This document shows positions 18,584 through 23,483 of a stretch of 57,429 bases of DNA, piece by piece. The notes beneath the pieces were generated by a model. That model was given only the letters and a program-made list of their open reading frames with translations, searched no databases and had not been told where the DNA came from. The first letter of the stretch is position 1. Each line of letters begins with the position of its first letter. The stretch is from an uncultured Dehalococcoidia bacterium (lineage in GTDB: Bacteria; Chloroflexota; Dehalococcoidia; DSTF01; JALHUB01). Location of the stretch: contig CAZSSQ010000001.1 in NCBI GenBank assembly GCA_964609465.1, positions 1 through 57,429 on the forward strand, read 5' to 3'. Made by a program: the position numbers and the translations under genes.

Positions 18584-19030
18584 CTAGACGCTGAAGAACT
18601 TGGCATCGCTGATGCCGTTGGGGACCACCACTTTGACGAAGTAGGTGGTGCCCGTTGTGAGGGGGTAGTCCAGGTAGATGATGATGTGGAGGGTGGCCGT
18701 AGGCCCCCACTCGGTGGCGCCACCTTCCAGCGCGTAGTCCCAGCAGGGCGCCGTGCAGCTAGGGCCTCCATAGGGGATGCGGTTGAAGTTGTCTTCGGGG
18801 CCGAAGAAGACATCGGTGGAGTCGATGGGGCCAACGCGGGAGGCGCCCACGTTCTTGACCCAGGCGTCGGCCTGGGTAGCGGTATCCACGCCAGTGGCAT
18901 GGATGATCTCCACCTGGCTCGAGATGCGGTCGTTGACCACGTCAGAGGTCATGACCATGGAGCTGTTGGTGCGGCTAAGCGCGGGCATGACCGAGTTGAC
19001 CACAGCGACGATGGCCACAACCGCGGCCAC
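18584..19030 (-). CDS. arlF: Archaellum stator/periplasmic component ArlF (FlaF)-like
   Basis: 148 aa with an N-terminal hydrophobic helix and a beta-rich domain (...VEIIHATGVDT...AWVKNVGASRV...). It holds the canonical position between arlC/D/E and arlG. The hydrophobic helix continues in frame upstream of the GTG start (see findings). Confidence 0.6.
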   Translation of the reverse strand: MAAVVAIVAVVNSVMPALSRTNSSMVMTSDVVNDRISSQVEIIHATGVDTATQADAWVKNVGASRVGPIDSTDVFFGPEDNFNRIPYGGPSCTAPCWDYALEGGATEWGPTATLHIIIYLDYPLTTGTTYFVKVVVPNGISDAKFFSV

Positions 19031-19145
19031 GGTTAGCAGAATGGTGGCGATGGCCTTCTCGATGGCTGCACCCCCTTACACTCCTCCGGGTGGCTGCCAG
19101 TCTGAAGGCCCGGCGGGCCCGCCCCGAGGGGCGGCTGTCTGGCCG

Positions 19146-19841
19146 CTACCGGTTCCTTCCTGTGCTGCGGCGCCGTCGTAGAAACGACATCTCGTCGCTC
19201 TCTGCTCCTTGGAAGATGGCCTCCAACTGGCGTAGGGCGACCAGTGTGTCGTTGACAGAGACGGTGGCGCTATCCTTGCGGCTACTGGCCAGCTTGACGA
19301 CCTTCAGCAGAGCCTCCTCCGCCTCCGGCGGAATGAGACCCGCGAAGGGGGCCAGGTCGAGGATCATCTGCAGGTGGGTGGTGCCCAGCCGGGAGGTGGT
19401 CTCGTCGACCCAGGCTATCAGGCCAGCGATGGTGGACACGCTCCAGGCCTGAGGAACAGCCGCCTCAACCATCGCCGGCAGGGGGGTGACCTCCGGGCCG
19501 CCCCCGGCCATCGTCGGCAGAGGTGCGCTCTCCGGGCCGCCCCTGGTCTCCGGGGGGGCGGTCGGCTCCACCCGCAGCACATGCGGGAGCGGGTCCTCCA
19601 CCTCGCTGGCCGTCGCCGGCGCCCTGGTAACGCTCGGAGGAGCCTCCTCCGACGCTGGAGCGGGCTCGCTGGCCGCGCCCGAGCGCTCTATGGGCTGGAA
19701 AACTGGCAGGCCGCCCTGTGACGCGAAGGGGTTGTCCCGGGCGAGGACAGTCGTCCTGATCTCCTCCAGGATCGACTTGATCTCGCCCTTGAGGAGCTTG
19801 ACCTCCTCCTCCAGGGCAGCTATCTGGGCGGTGATCTCCAT
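19146..19841 (-). CDS. ArlC/D/E (FlaC/D/E)-like archaellum accessory protein
   Basis: 231 aa. It has an N-terminal coiled coil (MEITAQIAALEEEVKLLKGEIKSILEEI), a Pro/Ala-rich linker and a C-terminal segment TIAGLIAWVDETTSRLGTTHLQMILDLAPFAGLIPPEAEEALLKVV. The C-terminal segment resembles the FlaD/E domain pattern. The gene sits between archaellin and arlF, as in euryarchaeal operons. Confidence 0.5.
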   Translation of the reverse strand: MEITAQIAALEEEVKLLKGEIKSILEEIRTTVLARDNPFASQGGLPVFQPIERSGAASEPAPASEEAPPSVTRAPATASEVEDPLPHVLRVEPTAPPETRGGPESAPLPTMAGGGPEVTPLPAMVEAAVPQAWSVSTIAGLIAWVDETTSRLGTTHLQMILDLAPFAGLIPPEAEEALLKVVKLASSRKDSATVSVNDTLVALRQLEAIFQGAESDEMSFLRRRRSTGRNR

Positions 19842-19864
19842 GGCATACCTGCCTTCTCACGGGG

Positions 19865-19910
19865 GGCGGCGCCCTGACCGTTCCGCCGTACGTTCAAGCA
19901 GGGCGCCGCC
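19865..19910 (-). terminator. GC-rich hairpin between the arlB (copy 1) stop and the arlC/D/E-like start
   Basis: GGCGGCGCCCTG (19865-19876) pairs with CAGGGCGCCGCC (19899-19910), a perfect 12-bp stem with a 22-nt loop. No U-tract follows. It is plausibly a partial terminator or RNA-stability element. Confidence 0.5.
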
Positions 19911-19926
19911 TCCACAGGATCCTTCC

Positions 19927-20517
19927 CTAATGTAGCTGCATTACCTCGGCCAGTTCCGCTGGCAGTTGCCGGGTGATGTCGAGGACGGCGCCGACAGGCG
20001 TCTGGACCTCCAGGGTGAAGCGGTCATTGGCAGACAACGTGGGCGCGGGACTGATGGCGCTCGCGCTAATGACAATGACCTTTACCTCGCCCGGCTCCAG
20101 GAGCGTGTCGCCGTCGCCCACGATGTCGTCGGCCGTGTACGTCACGTCGTTGTCCGTGACGGCGTCGTCACGGTAGGCGATGACCGTCCGGTTCTGGCTG
20201 GCGGCGGGGTCCAGGGGAATGGACTCTCCACCGGCCGTGGTGGCTACGGTGAAGAAAATGTCGTCCACGGCTAGGGGCGAGCCCGTGGCCGAGACGACGA
20301 TGCCCCCGCGTACCTCCATGGTGCCGCGGGCCTTCTGTAGGCCGGCGAAGACGGTCTCCTTGCCCCGCTCGGCGCTAAAGATACCGGTGGTCAACACGAC
20401 GAAGGCGAAGATGGTGGCGACCACGACGAAGGCGATGAGGATGATGGCGGTCTCAAGACCGGTGATCCCTCGCTCTTCGCGGTGGATCCGGCGCAGCGCG
20501 CTGGTAAGTCGCTTCAT
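19927..20517 (-). CDS. arlB: Archaellin (archaeal flagellin), copy 1
   Basis: The class III (type IV pilin-like) signal peptide and hydrophobic N-terminal helix are MKRLTSALRRIHREERG/ITGLETAIILIAFVVVATIFAFVVLTTGIF. A beta-rich C-terminal domain follows. AAGGAGGG lies upstream of the ATG. Confidence 0.9.
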   Translation of the reverse strand: MKRLTSALRRIHREERGITGLETAIILIAFVVVATIFAFVVLTTGIFSAERGKETVFAGLQKARGTMEVRGGIVVSATGSPLAVDDIFFTVATTAGGESIPLDPAASQNRTVIAYRDDAVTDNDVTYTADDIVGDGDTLLEPGEVKVIVISASAISPAPTLSANDRFTLEVQTPVGAVLDITRQLPAELAEVMQLH

Positions 20518-20692
20518 CTGCTAGCCCTCCTTTCTACGTAAGAATTTGGTTTGGCCTGAGCTGATTTCCCGCTAGCTAGGCGGAACGGATTTTATCCCGG
20601 CAACCAGCCCTCCTTTCGATGCCTTCCGTCCGATTCCGCCCTGGCGGCCGCCCGACGGGGCCTCTATCTCTCGTGATAGTTCCGTCCGGCAG

Positions 20693-20790
20693 GTCAGCCG
20701 TAGGCGGTACGGCCTGAGACGTATGCCTGAGGAATGTTCGACCACAGGAGGGAGGGCACTATTAGGGGGAACCCTACTTTTGGGGTCCTG
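20693..20790 (-). promoter_or_regulatory. Conserved 5' leader/promoter block of arlB copy 1 (paralogous to 21709-21806)
   Basis: The block aligns by eye with the one upstream of copy 2. It contains the hairpin GCCGTA-ggcgg-TACGGC and, in minus sense, an AAAGTAGG...CCCTAAT motif. Confidence 0.4.
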
Positions 20791-20950
20791 GGCTGGCGAG
20801 GTGAGGCGGCCGACCGGCTATAGGGTAGGAGTAGCTGGCGACGAGGGAGGAATCTAGTGGGTCACGGCGTGCCGGTGGCTCTGGCCGGTGGCTTCGGCTG
20901 CCTTAGGTGCCACAAGGCCAGCACGCAATGCTGAGGGGAAGGCCTCGTCA

Positions 20951-21001
20951 CGCGCAAGCACGCAGCCAAGGGGCTGCGTGCCATGCGGGCTGCGCGTTTT
21001 T
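20951..21001 (+). terminator. Plus-strand-oriented nested hairpin followed by a T5 run in the arlB2-arlB1 spacer
   Basis: The inner stem is CACGCAGCC-aagg-GGCTGCGTG (20959-20980). The outer arms are CGCGCA (20951-56) and TGCGCG (20991-96), followed by TTTTT (20997-21001). No plus-strand gene lies upstream of it. Confidence 0.3.
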
Positions 21002-21009
21002 GTGCCTAG

Positions 21010-21055
21010 GGCGGCGCCCCGCTTGAACGTACGGCACAAGGGGCAGGGCGCCGCC
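21010..21055 (-). terminator. GC-rich hairpin just downstream of arlB copy 2
   Basis: GGCGGCGCCC (21010-21019) pairs with GGGCGCCGCC (21046-21055). It is paralogous to the 19865-19910 hairpin, but its interior is in the opposite orientation. Confidence 0.5.
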
Positions 21056-21070
21056 TCCACAGGGCCCCCT

Positions 21071-21664
21071 CTAGTGGAGCTGCATCACGGCAGCCAGTTC
21101 CGTCGGTAGCTGCCGGGTGATGTCGAGCACGGCGCCGACCGGCGTCTGGACCTCCAGGGTGAAGCGGGTATTGGCGTCCATGGTGGGCGGGCCATCGATG
21201 CCCGTGGCCCGGTCGATGCTAACGAGTATCAGCTCGCCCGGCTCCAGCAGCGTGTCGCTGTCCCCCACGATGTTAGTGACCGTGTAGGTCACGTCGTTGT
21301 CCACCGTGGTGGCGTCGCGGTAAGCGATGACGGTTCGGTTGTTGGTGGCTGCCGGGTCCAGGGGAATGGACTCTCCACTGGCCGTGGTGGCCGCGGTGAA
21401 GAAGATGTCGTCCACGGCCATAGGTGAGCCCGTCGCCGTGGCGACGATGCCGCCGCGGATCTCCATTGTGCCGCGGGCCTTCGCCAGGCCGGCGAAGACG
21501 GTCTCCTTGCCCCGCTCGGAGCTGAAGATACCTGCCGTCAGCACGACGAAGGCGAAGACGGTAGCGACCACGACGAAGGCGATGAGGATGATGGCGGTCT
21601 CAAGACCGGTGATCCCTCGCTCTTCCCTGTGGGCCCGGCGCAGCGCGCTGGTAAACCGCTTCAT
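21071..21664 (-). CDS. arlB: Archaellin (archaeal flagellin), copy 2
   Basis: MKRFTSALRRAHREERG/ITGLETAIILIAFVVVATVFAFVVLTAGIF. By eye it is roughly four-fifths identical to copy 1, with divergence concentrated in the outer C-terminal domain. Confidence 0.9.
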   Translation of the reverse strand: MKRFTSALRRAHREERGITGLETAIILIAFVVVATVFAFVVLTAGIFSSERGKETVFAGLAKARGTMEIRGGIVATATGSPMAVDDIFFTAATTASGESIPLDPAATNNRTVIAYRDATTVDNDVTYTVTNIVGDSDTLLEPGELILVSIDRATGIDGPPTMDANTRFTLEVQTPVGAVLDITRQLPTELAAVMQLH

Positions 21665-21708
21665 CTACTGCCCCTCCCTTCTCCTTGGGGATTGCTTTGT
21701 AACCAGGT

Positions 21709-21806
21709 GTCGGCCGTAGGTAGTACGGCCCGAGGCGTATGCCCTGAGTAATTCTCGGCCGGCAAAAGAAAGACATTAGGGATAAGGCGCCACTTTCTAG
21801 GGGAAT
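21709..21806 (-). promoter_or_regulatory. Conserved 5' leader/promoter block of arlB copy 2
   Basis: It contains the hairpin GGCCGTA-ggtag-TACGGCC (21712-21730). In minus sense it carries GAAAGTGG...CCCTAAT, and two direct AATTCCCCTAG repeats lie just upstream of this block, at about 21799-21831. Confidence 0.4.
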
Positions 21807-21876
21807 TTCGCGGCTATCCTAGGGGAATTGGTCCAGCCGGATCGGGGAACTGCCTGAGCGGCAGCGGGGGGGGCAA

Positions 21877-22611
21877 CTAGTCCAGTTGCTCCAGGACCCG
21901 GCTGTAGACGATCCGGGCCAGTTCTTCCACCGGCTGGAAGGGCTCGGTGTCGCGGGGATTCTCTACCACCACCAGGGCCAGGACGGGGCCTGTGGCGAAG
22001 AGGACAAAGTCCGACTGGACCCCTTCACCTGTCGGCGGTGCCAGGCTCCGGCCCCGCAGGGATCCGGGGATGGGCTCGTCGGTGGCGGTGAAGAAGACTT
22101 CGGGGAGGGCGCCACCCAGCCGCTGCCGGGCCAGGCGCTCCAGCTCCGCCACCAGCGGCGTCACCGTCTGCAGAGTGCGGTCGTCGTCTCCGGCCTGGAG
22201 CGCCAGCGGCTCGCCGGGCCGGAAGACCACGAAGGTAGCGACCGTGGAGGAGTCTTCGGGGTCACGATAGGCGGAGAAGGCCCCGGCAACCGTCTCCTCC
22301 TCCAGCATGAGGCGGATGAGGGGGCTGTTGGTCATGTAGGGGTAGGCGGCGGCCTCCACCGGCACCCATCCTGAAGGCAGGTCGCCTCCGGCCAGGAGCG
22401 TCTCGCGGGCCACGAACTCGTCGCCCCCACCTCTCGCTCTCACGAGGACCGTTAGCGCCAGGCTCACCAGGAGAGCCAGCTCTATGGCAAGGAGAGCCAG
22501 CAGCAGGCGCCGGCGTCCCCCCGGAAGTCCCGGCAGGCGGCGGAAGCGGAGCGCAGGCATCAGCTTTCGGGAGAGCACTGCAACCTTCCCCTCAACCAGT
22601 AGAACGCGCAC
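21877..22611 (-). CDS. Hypothetical membrane-anchored protein upstream of the archaellin genes
   Basis: 244 aa with one TM helix (LLLALLAIELALLVSLALTVLV) and a soluble domain with no family I recognise. Alternative in-frame starts exist, for example MPALRF. Confidence 0.45.
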   Translation of the reverse strand: MRVLLVEGKVAVLSRKLMPALRFRRLPGLPGGRRRLLLALLAIELALLVSLALTVLVRARGGGDEFVARETLLAGGDLPSGWVPVEAAAYPYMTNSPLIRLMLEEETVAGAFSAYRDPEDSSTVATFVVFRPGEPLALQAGDDDRTLQTVTPLVAELERLARQRLGGALPEVFFTATDEPIPGSLRGRSLAPPTGEGVQSDFVLFATGPVLALVVVENPRDTEPFQPVEELARIVYSRVLEQLD

Positions 22612-22709
22612 CTTCCCCAGGGCGTTACGTGGAAGGCATAACCCTATCGCCCGAACGGACTACGATTCGGGGAATAGGGGGCTATTGAAAGTACTCCTTC
22701 CTGCCGATA

Positions 22710-23417
22710 ATGACGCGCACCTTCGACAGGAGGAGTGGAGAGGTGCCTGGAAGAGCGCAAGGAGTGTGGCCGCTGGCCGTGACCATCGTCGCGGCGCTGG
22801 CTTTGGCGGCGGCTCTGTTCTCAGTTTCCCCTCAAGAGGCGGGCGCCGCAGACGAGTCTCCCACGCCTACCGAGACGCCAATCAGCACGCCCACCGAGAC
22901 CCCTACCAACACGCCTACGAACACGCCGACCAACACGCCCACCGAGACGCCCACCAACACGCCTACGAACACGCCGACCAGTACACCCACCAACACGCCG
23001 ACGGCGACAGCCACTGACACGCCCACGCCGACGCCCACTTATACGCCCACCGCTACCCCTACGACAGCGTCCACCGGCACTGCCACTGCCACCCCTACTT
23101 CCACGGCGGCAGCGGTCGCTAGCCCGACGCCGTCAGGACAGGGCGGTGCGGCGGCTTGGGGTACGCCCTCGGCTACTCCGGCCCTGGTCCTGGCCAGCAC
23201 AACCGTCGAGCCGTCGCCGGAAAGCGACCCGGCCGGAGCCGTCCGGGGCCAAGCATCCTCTCAGGGCGGCGCAACCAGCCTGCCATTGGCGGGCGATGGC
23301 GGTACGGGGCCGCTCATACCGTGGCGGCCCGTGACGGCTACCGTGATCATCCTCCTGGTGGGCGCGGGTAGCTGGGTCCTGTACTACGGGCTGCGGGAGG
23401 CTACCGCCGAGGACTGA
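22710..23417 (+). CDS. Secreted/anchored Thr/Pro-repeat protein
   Basis: It has a signal/anchor (VWPLAVTIVAALALAAALFSV), a long (T/N/E)-P-T repeat region and a C-terminal LPLAG...TM helix (VTATVIILLVGAGSWVLYYGL) with a short tail. Confidence 0.6.
   Translation: MTRTFDRRSGEVPGRAQGVWPLAVTIVAALALAAALFSVSPQEAGAADESPTPTETPISTPTETPTNTPTNTPTNTPTETPTNTPTNTPTSTPTNTPTATATDTPTPTPTYTPTATPTTASTGTATATPTSTAAAVASPTPSGQGGAAAWGTPSATPALVLASTTVEPSPESDPAGAVRGQASSQGGATSLPLAGDGGTGPLIPWRPVTATVIILLVGAGSWVLYYGLREATAED
22889..22984 (+). repeat. 48-nt tandem direct repeat (2 near-identical units) inside the Thr/Pro-repeat gene
   Basis: Unit 1 (22889-22936) is GCCCACCGAGACCCCTACCAACACGCCTACGAACACGCCGACCAACAC. Unit 2 (22937-22984) differs at a few positions. 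The units encode PTETPTNTPTNTPTNT and PTETPTNTPTNTPTST. Confidence 0.8.
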
Positions 23418-23483
23418 GGCGGCGAAGACGCCCCGACCAGCTCCCCACTCTGATTCCCTGTAAGTCCTCTGGTGCCGCTGCGC

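Noticed and set aside
20854-21109. 68-aa and 73-aa ORFs in the spacer between the two archaellin genes
   Set aside because: They overlap each other on opposite strands and cover the hairpin structures. They have no ribosome-binding site context or recognisable features, so the region is better explained as regulatory or non-coding.
12287-22611. Searched the archaellum locus borders for genomic-island signatures (integrase, transposase, tRNA, flanking direct repeats)
   Set aside because: I could recognise none by eye. The borders are ordinary genes and no obvious compositional break is visible, so I do not call a mobile element.
22860-23060. Repetitive DNA that might be mistaken for a CRISPR array or mobile-element repeat
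   Set aside because: The repeats are in frame inside a coding sequence and encode Thr/Pro repeats. There are no unique spacers of regular length and no cas genes.
23376-23417. The C-terminal LPLAG + TM of the Thr/Pro protein as a bona fide sortase sorting signal
   Set aside because: The 16-residue spacer between the motif and the TM helix, and the net acidic tail, do not fit the classical LPXTG-TM-basic tail architecture. It is kept only as a low-confidence remark.
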